In this document: in pieces, positions 14,120 to 27,600 of the stretch
Layout of the letters: every line of letters begins with the position of its first letter
How positions within the stretch are numbered: position 1 is the stretch's first letter
Source: Phoronis australis
Lineage: Eukaryota; Animalia; Phoronida
NCBI GenBank assembly: GCA_002633005.1
Contig: NMRA01000099.1
Location: 575,633 to 639,632 of the forward strand
Reading direction: 5' to 3'
DNA: 64,000 nucleotides
Translations under genes and position numbers: made by a program
Notes under the pieces: generated by a model
Seen by the model: only the letters and a program-made list of their open reading frames with translations
What the model was told of the DNA's origin: nothing
Database searches by the model: none

Positions 14120-15421
14120 CAATCAACAAAATGTTAAAATAACAATATCTAGTTACAACTCAATAAAGCAGGACATTTACCACAGTACCATTTATAACAA
14201 AATGATGTGATATGCAAAATAGTGGACACTCGTTAATAGTCATTCATTAAAAAGTACCATATCCAAAGTTCCTCTGTGAGAGGTCATACAAAGTTTAATG
14301 GATTTTCCAATTCGCAGAAGGACAGGTATCAGGATGAAAAATTCATGAAAACTATTTCGCATCTTTTCAGACAGTTACACAGTGGAATTGAAATTATTTT
14401 TTCGTTTTTTCACCCTGTTTACATTTAGGTATACTGGTACATCTTTTTATAAGTCAATGAAGTGGATAGCCATTTCACTGACTTTATAACTGACAACCAG
14501 AAACGGGAGAAAATTTGATTGTGAAGCTATAAGCAACCCTGAAAATGTAAAAATTTGGCAAACTTAGGAATATACTATCTCAAAAATGTCTGGTAGGACA
14601 GGAAAGAATTTTTCAGATTTATGAGTTACACTCTCCTCAAGTTCTCCAGAGCATGATGCTGGAGAGGAATTTCTAGTGAAATCTTTCTTTTTTGCACAAG
14701 GTTCTATCAAAATTCAAAAAACTGACATTTTTGAGATGTCATCCCACATGATATTACAATAATTAAATCTTGGCAGCTTGCCACGAAGGCCACTAACTTT
14801 GATGGCTTGCATTCAGTCGCAAGTTATCTCTCAATTCTAACTGAATGTTCCAACAAATTTTGTCACGACAAGGAAATATGTATGTTTGGAGTTTTTCCTG
14901 GATTTCATGTTTAAAGCGGCCATAAACCGGTCTTCAGTCATAAAAACTCACCTTTGATTTAGACCACAAATTGTCCCTGTGCCAAACTGAAGGTGGGTTT
15001 GCAAAGAACAAATCAGTTCATTATTGCAGCACACCAGCTGGCTTGTCATGCCAGTGGCGGTCACTGAGTCATGTCCGTCACTATAACTGCTGACCATAGT
15101 CTCAGGCAATAACTGTCATATGTTCTTTCGGTAATTTCCACATTTTGTTGGAAATGGAAGAAAGTTTATCATACTTCCATGATAGGCTTTGCACAGAACA
15201 CCCAGTGTGGGGAGTGACAACCTACTGGACCTCTTACTATATATCATTCTAATCCAAGAAATACTACAAAGTTGCCTTAGCATGACCTTCGCATAGCTTA
15301 AAATTCTAAAACAGAACACTATTTTTATAAATACAGAAATAATCTATCTTCAAAATGATCTTTATGAAGCCTGGAATTTTCACCAATTAAATGTAAGAGG
15401 AAAAACTTTTTATTGTTCCTG

Positions 15422-15607
15422 TCATGCAGCCATATTTGTTCCGTCCGGCTTGACATCACTTCCGATAACTTTATCTATAAAATCCCTGATTGTTGCTCTT
15501 TCTTGTTCGATGGTGTGATGTGTCTTGATCATGTGGTGGGCATTGTCAGCAAGCTGTTGTCTTAGTTCAGAGTCCGTCACTAACAGGCGCATGTGGCCAA
15601 CACATTC
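15422..15607 (-). CDS. GLT1D1: GLT1D1 terminal exon (ECVGHMRLLVTDSELR...GTNMAA*)
   Basis: Acceptor TGTCTTTCAG, TGA at 15424-15422; H...ER pattern matches the human C-terminal helix. Confidence 0.88.
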   Translation of the reverse strand, partial: ECVGHMRLLVTDSELRQQLADNAHHMIKTHHTIEQERATIRDFIDKVIGSDVKPDGTNMAA

Positions 15608-18600
15608 CTGAAAGACAAATGAGTGACTCAGCCATAAACCTGCATATCGATAACAATAGACAGTTGCATAATGAATTGTGGGACGTTACCAAGGCACAGA
15701 AACTACTGCCAGTGTAGAGACCATAGGAACATACAGTAGACAGAGTTACTTGCAAGTGTAGTGAGATCTCCCAAGACCATGCAGAAACCCTAAAGTGAAT
15801 GGGAAGCGTTCAGCGAGCAACACAGCACTATCAAACCTGGTGGACAGAAACTTGAAAGAGCCACAGATCTACATTCTGGCACAAAGGCAAGATCTGTAAC
15901 TGAAGACATGAATTCTGCTGACAGACCCTAATGAAACAGTGGCTAACATTAATTTTCAAAAGAAACTAATTATCTTGTCCATCTAAGCTAGGTTCAGCTT
16001 AACAATGGCTTATGGCTGTGTAATCAACCACAGATAATGAAGGGCTTTGAATTTTGGCCTGAAGATTACCAGCATTTAGTGCCAAATGGTTCTAGACCAT
16101 ATTACCAGTAGTGTACACTAACTAAATGGCTGCAACTAAAATGAATGGACAATGAGGTTGGAATGTTGGGAGAAAATTCATAGTTTTCGTTCCATAGCTG
16201 AAGATTTCTTGCCTTAGGCCAAATAATAAAATAATTGGTTCTAGTCTGCGCCTGACTCATTTTGAAACATGTGCCTCACTGCTTTGGAAAAAATGCACAC
16301 CAATATCATGCTTTTTTCAATAAAAAACAAATAAACAAACAAGGGTATCAATCAACTGTTAGTTAACAATGCTGCTTGGGAATATTCAACAGACAAGCAA
16401 TATTAAAGGGAGCAATTCTAGTAAATTAAAATAGTCTCGGGGGGGGGGGGNGGGGTGCAAAACAAGTCAGCAGCAATACTTTCCTCCTGCCACATTTCGT
16501 CATGATTCTTTACACAGTTTGGAAGATATGGAGGCTGCCAACAATGAACTTACACAAAAACAATAAAAAGCCACCAGGAGGTGCAACGCAAGTCAAATCC
16601 ACCTGAAACAGGGCTTGTGATGTTGTGTACATGATAACTTATTTGCTAAATTTCATGAAAATCCATCAAAGGCCATGATTGACATCAAGACAAACGCAAA
16701 TAAAAACAAAATTGCCACTAGGGGACTCTGCAGTAGACGGATTTGACCAAAAATTCACATCAGTTGCACTCTTCTCGCTAAAACGCATAGATTTAATGAA
16801 GATCCATCAAAGAATTTGGTACGTATTGAGTCACATGCATATAAAAAACACAATTGTCACAAGAGGGTGCAGCAGCAGTTGAACCTGTCCGAAAATTGTC
16901 CTAGAGCAAACACAAACGCCAATTTTCAAAATGATCCTTAAAGTGGTTTGCCTTGGTCGATAGAGAGGCGGATTCCAAAAACTCCCAAAATGGAAAAATT
17001 GGCACTAGGTGGCATAAAATTTGCTGAATTTATACCAAAATGGCAAGTGTTGTCACCTTTTTAACAGAAATTTATTTTCCAGTTTATGAAAATATGTCAA
17101 GGAACCCCGAAGATACAGAGGAAAATACAAAAAATAAAATTCCCACTAAGGGGCACATCGGTAATCAGATCCATCCAAAAGTTGTCGCCATCTGTTGTCA
17201 CTTTCATAGAAATACACTAAATTCCACAAAGTTCTTGCAAGGAGTTCAGTAGATACAGAGGCATAATGAGCCCACATAAAAAATACGTGCAGAAAACTAT
17301 ATGCCTTAGTTGCGAAATTTTCTTTAAAATCCATATATTTCAGCTAGGAATTTTTCAACAATTCTTGGAAAAGCATGGAAGTCAGGGTATCTAACAGAGG
17401 GTTAGGGAGACCTCCAAGACATTCCTAGAATTAAGGTGTGCCCAAGGGGACTCTGGTGCTTTCTAGTGGTACCCTTTTACAGTTTTAGAGTTAAATATGT
17501 GAAATCTCTTTTCGGTAATTAATACTTTGAGGACCTTGAAACATTAAAACCTAAGGTAATGTAGAAACCAAAAAAATGTTCAAATTTGGCGGCCAACTTC
17601 AGAACATCATATCTCAGAAATGGCTCATCGTATTCATATGAAACTTTCAAGCATTATGCTTTATCCACTATTCCCAAAACGCCGATAGAAATTGCTTATA
17701 AAACGTTCTACTTTTGCATAAGTGGCTATGAAAAAACTCTCAAGTTGCAAAAAATGAAAACAAAATACTTTTGACAGCTGCAGCGGCATTTTTTAATTTT
17801 CGCCTTCAACATTTATATCAAATAAAACTAATTCATGGGTACTGTTGTATCGCTATCAGTGTACTACTTTTTTGGCTAAATTTTACTAAAAAGACATGGT
17901 CACGTGACCCGGACCTGCGTACCACCAAAACTGCTTTTGAGTATTTTGGACACCAGATTTGCAGATTTTTCAGTAAATCTGCAGATTTTCGCATATAGAC
18001 CAAACATCGAAAATTCGAACTTTTCACCATGTTAGCATATTGAAACTGTGTTCAGCTGGTACTACGGCTTTTAGGTGGTGGACCGCGCTTGCTGAAGGAA
18101 AAGATCCAGTTAATCAATAGAAAGATTCCTTACTGAACTTTAATAAATAATTAATACATACTGTGCTATATATACCATGAATCGTGATAAGTTGGATACA
18201 CAACAAATAGTTCCGCTCTTCAAAAGTTGTGCTCATTACTTAAACTAAAAAATCTGCAGAAAGTGCTCAGGAATCTGCACAACGTTTTGCGCCAGATGAC
18301 ATTTTCTAAACCGTTCACAAAAGTTTGGAATAATTATTCATTGCAAGCGTCTATAAACACATACCACAGTACTTCCTGTCAAAAATCTTGACTGTTGCCG
18401 ACGGCTCCACGTGCCATGAAGTCAGTGCAGTCACCATATGGGCAAGAAAACAGCGTGCTACAGAACTTGCAATACAAATTCATTGGTCCCTTCCAAAAGA
18501 CACTGACATTCTTTGGAATAACGCGACAAAAACAGAAGCTATTTTCTTCACAGCTCGGAATATGCAGCCTCTCACATTTTGCCATTTTGACAATAGTATA

Positions 18601-21600
18601 TATTTAGCTGAAGATAGCCGGAAATGAACAAAGTAAACAGTACACCATTCATAGAAATCCTTTAGGCCGGTATTGATGAATATCGATAGAAGCCTTGCGA
18701 TTTGTCGATTATCTTGCTATATTTAGAATGAATCAGAGAAAGTTTCCAACTTTGGAGCTCATGTTTTTTGGTTAAAATAATAAGAATATCATGAATTTTT
18801 TAATTGCTAATTTAATAATCTTCCATTCTTTCATTTTTATTATTAGCTTGTCACAAAGTCAGAAACAACTCTGTAAATAATCTGCTTCGACTTTGTGTAT
18901 TTTTACCTGGTCTTGCGCACTTGCGTACCACATGCCAAAATCCACACAAATCCGCATTTTTGGGTACGGCACACAGGTCGTCTGCCAGACCCATTTAATA
19001 GCAGATTGGTAAAAGGCAAAAAACAAATTCTACAGGCTCTCTACTTTCAGCAAATATCTTCTTTAATGGTGTTAAATTCTTAAGTTTTGTAGATATTTGG
19101 CCGAATGAGCAGTTTAAGCAAATGTTACACAATTTTCATATACAAACATTCATTTATATATACATGTGTATGTATGTCTGTCTGTCTGTCCCTGTCCGTC
19201 TGGATGTGGTAATAACTCCGTCTACAGTTTCAGTGTCGCTACTTCAAGGGACGGACCACAACTAAAGGATCTTTATCACAACTCTCTTAGACTGAAGTGC
19301 CAACTAAATACTACTAAATCTTAGCATAAATTTAAGTGTCTGAATTTCAAGAGACTGTTTCAAACTATAAAATTGTTGCTGTTATACCTGTTTTGAAGAG
19401 AACACTAGACCTGTCTCATTATTGGTAATGAGCGCCATGTTGCCTGGGTTACGCCTAACCATGACAGGAACACCAAGGAGGCATGCCTGAAAAGGTATGG
19501 AGGACATATCATGATGACGTAATACAACCAGACGGCTATACCCGTGACAAGCTTGACGTTATGGAGGACATATCATGATGACGTAATACAATCAGACGGC
19601 TATACTCGTGACAAGCTTGACGTAGACACATCTAAATTAGGCAAATTTGAAGATTGTTTAATCAAACCCACACAAAAGAACTGAAAGCTAATTAGCACAT
19701 TGACAGTCAATTTTCATGTTTAAGAACAGGTGGACTACAATAACTGACAAAACCTCTAACAATGTAAACAAGGCAAATGTAAAACAAATGAAATGCAATC
19801 AGCTATAATTCATTTAGACAAAAAGAAAGAGCATGACAGAATATAAAAATAAATTAATTATATAGTTTATAGAAATGAGTAAAATTAACTTTATGTTAAA
19901 AGTATTATAAAGTGATTTCATGGCTATTCTAGACAGTCAGTACACCTCACAATGTTATGACCAGAGGACACCAATTTGGGGCAGATTATGATAGTTGTAC
20001 TTTTGTGGCTTCTCACGGGAAAATAGCAGTGAAATAATACCTGAAATTAAATCTTTGGAAAATACGATTTGATATCCTAAAGTTTCCAAAATGTTATTCT
20101 TATTTTTTGCATTGCATTCTTCTTTTCATTCCCTGCCGTTTTCGAGAAAGCCGTCATTAGCTTTTACAGTTTATTCCGAGACTATTATGATCCACTTGAC
20201 ACCACTGCACAGCTAGGTTCAGCAAGGCAACAATACACAACAAGGACTTATGTGACATACGTCCATATCAATATTAATGAAACCATAGGACAAATCTGTA
20301 AGCAAGCCTACCAACAACTTTCCACAAAATTATGAGAAAGTAGGACACAGCTCACAAAAACATAGCTAAAGAAGAAGGAAGAGTGTCAGAAAAAGTTAGA
20401 ACACTTAAAGCAACTACAACGTATTTATTAGTTGAACGCCACTTGCAATCCTAGCTGCATTTGTTAACTTTTGCTGCCTGAAAACATGGATTTTGACACC
20501 ACTTTAGTTGAACTAATTGTGAACCTTCATACCAGACACAAAGTCAACAGGAAGCAGTTACAGTCGTCTATGCCAGAACCACTCAGTGGGTCTTGAGATA
20601 CACACACTAAAGTTATACCAGTGTTACAAAAAAGCCATCCACAAGTCCCGTTTTGTTCATACTTCTAGAACTACTTACTTTTTCAACTAGGAGAAAGGTA
20701 GATACATTAATGCGAAGTTACTATTGCACCAGAAAGGAAACTGATATTTTTGTTAAGTGACTCCAAAGTCTTAAATTGAAGGCATTTTGGGTAATAAAAT
20801 GGTAGAATGGGAAAGCAAATGACACCGGTAGCTATTCATTTGTATTAGTGTTAGTTTCCATTAGTTCCAGCACAGTAATGAACATTTGAAAAATTTTGGC
20901 AATTAATTTTGTACGAAATATGAGGAGAATTACCTTACTAGATAGAATACTATTTGGTACATTGCATTGGCTATTTTTGGTTTCAGTCTATGAAGTGTCT
21001 GATGCAGTAATGAACTTTCCAAACCTAGAAATTACTTCTTATCTTAGTATGTAACAGTAGGTCAAGACCATTTTATATCAGTACGTGGTCTAGGCAAAGT
21101 TATTTTTTGACATCAAGTTGTTCGCAAAACTGAGAATAATCACATTTAATAACAAAAACTGTTACTGGAAATACAATAAAAATAGCCACTTGCATTCCTG
21201 GTTGCTAATCCTTTGGAGCTGGGCACCAGAAGAATGACGTCACTTGTAGGCAAAATTTGATTCACGCATTAATAATGACAATAAAAGCAGGACTTTTACC
21301 ACCTTTATGCCAAAACTCCACAGACGGCAAAAAAAACACATCAGACGTCACAAATCTGTTTGTATTTCAATTTAATCCCCAATTTCTCCCCCACGTCACA
21401 AATCTGTTTGTATTTCAATTTAATCCCCAATTTCTTCCCCACGTCAATGACTAAAGGAGGAACAAATACCATCTTTGACATCATTTTCTGACATTGCTTT
21501 TCTTAAAGCATCTGTTTATTTTCAAGTTCTACTTTTACAACTAGATGCTTTTTGCTTAATTCACGAAATTTACTCGATAACAAAATTGTAAAAATTAAAG

Positions 21601-24600
21601 TAGTAAAAAGTAAGAATTTCTAAAAAAAGTAGAAAAGGTAAGAAAAGTCTTTGCCTCTAGAAATTGTTGGGAAGCTTGTGCAAGGCAAAAATTTTCTCTC
21701 TGCAGCACAGGTATTACTTTCGAACGGATCTGACTACTCGATGTGTACTTTCTAGAGGCAATTTTAGTTTTTTTATTTTACCTCTGTATCTTCAAAGGTT
21801 TTCAACGGACTTTCATAAAATTTGGAATAATGCATCTATTGGTGAGATGACGTTACCCTCCCATTTTCGGTTGGAATCGAGGGATTTTGCCCCACCTAGT
21901 GGTCATTTTTGCTGTCTTCGAGTTTGTTTTATGGTATCCACCCCTCTATCAACCAAACCATTCTAAGAATGATTTTGAAAATAGGCGTATATGTTCTCAG
22001 AGTGAAGAGGACGGTTGACGATGACGACTTCGACTACTGTAGTGCCTCCTATTTTTCATTGTTTTTTTTTAACAGTGACATATATTTATTGAAGAATACA
22101 CAAGACATACAAAGAAATGATAACAAACCTAAAAATCGCGAAGCATTATATCTGGGTTGTAAACAATTCATAAATGAAACTAATATACGTAGAGGTATAT
22201 ACATTTAGATATGCTATTGCAAATATATAAAAACAAAAACATGTACAGGATATCGGCACCACTTAGTGAGTCCATTTAAAAATAATTCAGCAACGAGCAA
22301 TTTTAAACAATTTTAAGTGGAACTACTATTTTTCAGAAAGCTGTGTGGAGCGCAAAGGCCAACTTTCTGACAGATCCCGGAATCTTGACATACAAAGCAG
22401 AGTAGAATGAGCACTACCTCCAAGATGGCCTGGGAACAGCCTTCGGCAACAGATGTGTTAATCACGAAACAACACTGCGTCACAATGGCATGGATGTCCT
22501 CAACTGGAAGGCCTGGGATAAACACAACATTGGCCATCCTAAAACATACAGAAATATTGGAATGAATTTGTTGTTGCTCATGAAATCTCCAAATTCACCA
22601 CTTAAGACCATAATATCATGAAAAATGATAGACATTATCTTTCATCCGGGTGAAGTGCTCAATACAAAAATAATAATTTATAACTTTTCAAAAACTCATT
22701 TGAAATTTCCTACTCATTCCAGTGATGGAAGAATAGCGTCTGCTCGATTCCTGAGAAAAGTTTTCATCCTGAGTAGGAGCCAGACGGCTCAGCAGTGTCA
22801 GGAGAAAATACCAAGAGCTTTTCCAGACTTTTGAATTACAATTTTTCCTGTCAACTAAATATGGCCCTTCAAATCCAGGAGGTGCACAGTCCAAATGTTA
22901 TGTTTATGTAGTGACACATACGCTGTATTATTATGACAATTGCAATTCACAGCAAGCACCATAACCGGGACACACCATAACCACTGATAATTCCCAAAAG
23001 ATTACAGTGCTCTCTCTCTCATTAGGTGGGATTTACCTGCGCAACAGTCACATTAATTTGTACACTCTGCAGACGAATTTGCTGCTATTTTACATCAAAG
23101 TTAATTCACCATTCATCATTTTAAGGCCAATAAAGTTTTACTGTTTCAATGCTGTTGAAATTTACAAACTTCAATGGGCGCGATAATCATTATTCACTTG
23201 ACCTAAGCTTGGAAATGTGTCAGCAGTCTAGTCTCTTAAAAACTCACAGGCCAGTCATGCAATATGTTTTTCTATCTCCCCAAAAGAGGAGAGTTGAATT
23301 TGGGAAATGGGAATTAGTGTAAATGCTCGATTATCTGATCCCCTTAGTTGCAGAATACGTTTTATATCTTAGCCTGCCAGTAATATTGGTCATTTCACTT
23401 GTTTACCTCTTGTTGACTACGCCACTCATTCTCAGAGACGTGTAGTAATACTTCCTATTCTTAACAATAAGACCTAAGCTATCCAAATTTGTACATTTCA
23501 TTTGATTGGTTAACTCCAGCATTTCTAGTCTCTATATATATTCCTTAAGTCTTTCATTCAGTAGTTGTTTTACGCACAAATGAGTTATTATACAAATTTC
23601 AAAATCAGCACATATGTAAACAAAGACATTGTATCAATCGACGTTTCAGTTTATTGTCACTAAACCATTCTCAACTGAGACAAATATTTATAATATTCCA
23701 GTCAGGTTCGTACTCATATTTTGTCCTACAACAAATGTGATTAGGAGTTAATGTTCTCCACACTGAGTTTCCCTCACGTGACATTCGCAATCAGAAGACA
23801 ACTTTCCTCTACATTTCTACCTCAGCCATGCCCACCTAACGAACCCCTCAAAACCCTGCTTGTCAAACAGTTGAAGTTGTTTTTGAAAGAATGGCCTATT
23901 CACAACGCCATTCTTTTAACACCCACTGATTCACAGAATCGAAGATGCAGACGTCAGAACCCTCCACAGTTGTGACAACACTGGCATGTACTTATGTCAA
24001 CATTACTGGATTCCAAGAATCTGTCAATACATTATAGCTGTCATCCGACTGTGTGGGCCTTGTCGCAAAATTGACCTATCGCAAGGATTTTGATCGACTG
24101 CTTGTCTGACCAAATAGAACACAGGATTCTTGACACATCTTCATTTCCAAGTCGCCATTTTACCCGACAAACGACACGTTACTGGGTAAAACTAATTGTT
24201 TGTTTGTCGACATTTCCTAAGGGGGCAGAGCTTGCGATAGGTCAATTGCTGGCCAACCGTATCCTCAACCAGCCCCGCCCTCTCTAGACTTTGTAAATTC
24301 ATTCAGTTTGTCTCATTCAGTAGCTGTTTTCTGGACTGTGTTTCCCTCAAGTAACATTCGCAATCATCAATATAATAGTCACGACACATCTCAGAAATTT
24401 TCCTCTACATGTCTACCTCAGCCAGATCCACCTTACAAACCCCTCACTTACTGCTCTATCCTTCATTTTACATAAACAGTAAAACAGGCTTTTGCGATCC
24501 ATTCTATTTATGTGTTCAGATAAGCAGGTTCTACATCACAAGAATATGGTAAAGTGGGTCAGTAAAACTTGGGACATGGAAATTCAAGCAGAAATTTAAT

Positions 24601-27600
24601 TTTCTTGATTCTGAAGGTTGGGACATGATTGCATACTGCAACAGCTATGCCTACATAGTCTGCCATTGCCCTCCACTTCTTGTAAGTGCTTGAAAGTGTT
24701 GACACCAGTCTAGAAGTTATACCGTACGGTAACTATGATCACTTCCAGGCACCTACTGAATGAACAGCCAATGGCTCTATAATAAATGTTTTCACAAAGT
24801 TCATCAACACTGAGTTCAGACCTCTAAATCCAATGACCAGGCACTGACATTTTTCAGGGCCAGAAATCAACTCCCCGACCTGTATCCTGACCCCACTGAA
24901 CTTCCATTGCATGCCAAACTATTGTATCCAATGGCTGGAGTGTATAGACACAGGCTTTCAAGCATTTTTTTGACAAAAAAGTAGGTAAAAAGTAGGATAG
25001 ATTTTCAAAAAAGTAGGAAAAAGTATTAACTGTGAAGTGAAAAGTAGGAAAAAGAAAAAACAAGAGCAGGCGTTCAGGAATATTTTTCATCAATACTTAC
25101 CGATGACTCATGTCACAATACTTACCATTAGTTGGAGAACCAGCAGGACTTGATTCACACTTTTGAGAGTAAAAGGTTTGACTGTGTAATTCTATTGTAC
25201 ATCACCTACCATTGAAGGAAATGGATGTCTTAAGTTGTACAATCCTGGGATTTGGTCCCTGGGGGTCCAAAAGAGGACCCAAAACTCCATATAATTAAAA
25301 TTCCGAGTGCAACATCTGTTTCAAGTTTATTTCAATCAAATCACCATCAAATTAAAGTGATGCAATTTAAGACGCGAATATGCCTAAGATTATTAAGTAC
25401 GATGCTTACTAATTAACGACCAATTAACAATTCATTTAAACTTTTAAGGGCAACAAAAATTCTCCAAAAGATAGCCACCATATCCAATTTTTCATGGGGT
25501 TTGCAGATAAGACAGGGGTGCTTGGACCCCAAGGGATAAGAAGACCCTCAAAAATGAACTAATAAAAGAGGAAACTTTTTGATTACTACTGTGGATAAAA
25601 CATTATTTCAAATGAACAAAAATACAACGTAAGGCATGAAAAATTCTTGCGTTATAAAGACACTTATTAATTTACTGCCAATTAATGATTTTTTAAAACT
25701 TTTAAGTGTAACAAAAATTCTATTTCTAAAAGATAGTTTAGTAACTCTGGACATCACATTCACAACTTAAAACTGGATTTTCCTGGGGTTTGCAGATAAG
25801 ACGGGGGTATTTTGACCTCAAGGAATAAGAAGACCCCCACAATGAACTTAGAAAAGAGGAAATACGACAATAAAACATATTATTTCAGCTCGAGTTTGAA
25901 GCACTTTCTATAATAGGTTCCCCTCCTACAACAAGGTCTTATTGTCCCTCGGGGTCAACACACCCCATCTTATCTACAAACCCCAGGAAAATTGCATCTT
26001 AACTTGTGGAGAGGATATCCAAGGTTGCTAAACTATTTTTGGGAAACAAATTTTTGTTGAATTTGAAAGTTTAAACAAATCGTTAATTGGTTGTTAATTA
26101 ATAAGTGTCTTTAGTTAAATAATAACACAAGGATTTTTTACATCTTTAGTTGAATTTTTGTTCATTTAAAATAATGTTTTATCCACAGCAGAAATCAAAA
26201 GTGTCGTATTTCCTCTTCTATACAAATTCAACTATGGGGGTATCCCTTAGGGTTCAAACACCCCGGTTTTATCTGCAAACCCCAGGAAAATGGTGTTGTG
26301 GATATGGTGTCTATCTTTTGGAGAAAGAATTTTTGTTGCACTTACAAGTTGAAATAAATCATTAATTGGTCATCAATTAGTGGGCGTCTTATTAATAACC
26401 ACAGGCATTTCCACGTCTTAAGTTGCATCATTTTAATTTGAGTGGTAATTTGAATGAAATAAACTTGAAACGGATGCTGCACACAAAATTTAATTAATAA
26501 AATGGGTTCTTAGGTAATCTTTTGGACTCCCTAAGGGACCAAAGCCCAGGATTGTGCAATTTAAGACGGCCCTTTAATTCAATGGTAGGTGATTTACAAT
26601 TAGAATTATACACTCAAACCTTTCGCACTCAAAAAAGTCTGGCTCTCCAACTACTTAGTCTTTTGGTTAGCATCACTTGTGCTGGAGGAAGTTCTACATG
26701 TGCTGCTCCTGATAACCTAAAATGACTACTCACTACCCCAAAAACATAACTTTAAGACAGAAATTTTAGAGCTATGAGAAAAAAGTAGGAAAAGGTAAGA
26801 AATATTAGGAATTTCTGAAAAGGAGGAAAAAGTAGGTCAACAGGCCAAAAAAGTAGAAAAAGTAGGAATGCTTGAAAGCCTGGACACTAGCTATGGTGAA
26901 AGATCAGGTACTATACGAGGACCTACCATGACTCAGCTGACCAGATAGAATCTCCATTTCACAACAAAGATTCCACCATCAATTTGCTCCATAAGCCAAC
27001 ACTATGCAACTTTGGACCAATCCAGAGGGTGATGCCAGGTCATATAGACTGAGGGAAAAATATTGCTGGAGGACAAACTTTCAGGCAGTATTGCAAGAAT
27101 TATAGGACGACACTTGGCTTACCTCACAAGAGCAACGCGGAGCGTTGAAATGCGCCCACGAATGCATCGCAAATGTTATGCTTTTAGAGTTGTTTATTTG
27201 TATCATCAAAATGGCCACTAGATGGCGCAAAATACGTCGAATTCGTCTGAAAACCAGAAAATGTCATCGTTTCGTTAAAAGAAAGCCATTTACCAAATTC
27301 CATTAAAATTCATTATCGTCTTCTCTTGTTAACTTCACATAAATACACGAGCTAAATTTAATAAAGATCCTGTAGAGAGCTTAGAAGATACAAGTATGGG
27401 TGCAAAAAACAAAACCACCACCAGGAGGCGCCACAGCAGTCGAAGACATCGGAAATTACTCGTCAACCGTCCCCTTCATAGAAAGAACATTGCCAACTTT
27501 CACAATCATCAGTGCTTTGGTTGACAGAGGGAGGGAGCCAAAAAACAGACTCGAAAACAACAAAAATGGCCACTAGGAGACGCAAAGTACCTTGAATCAA

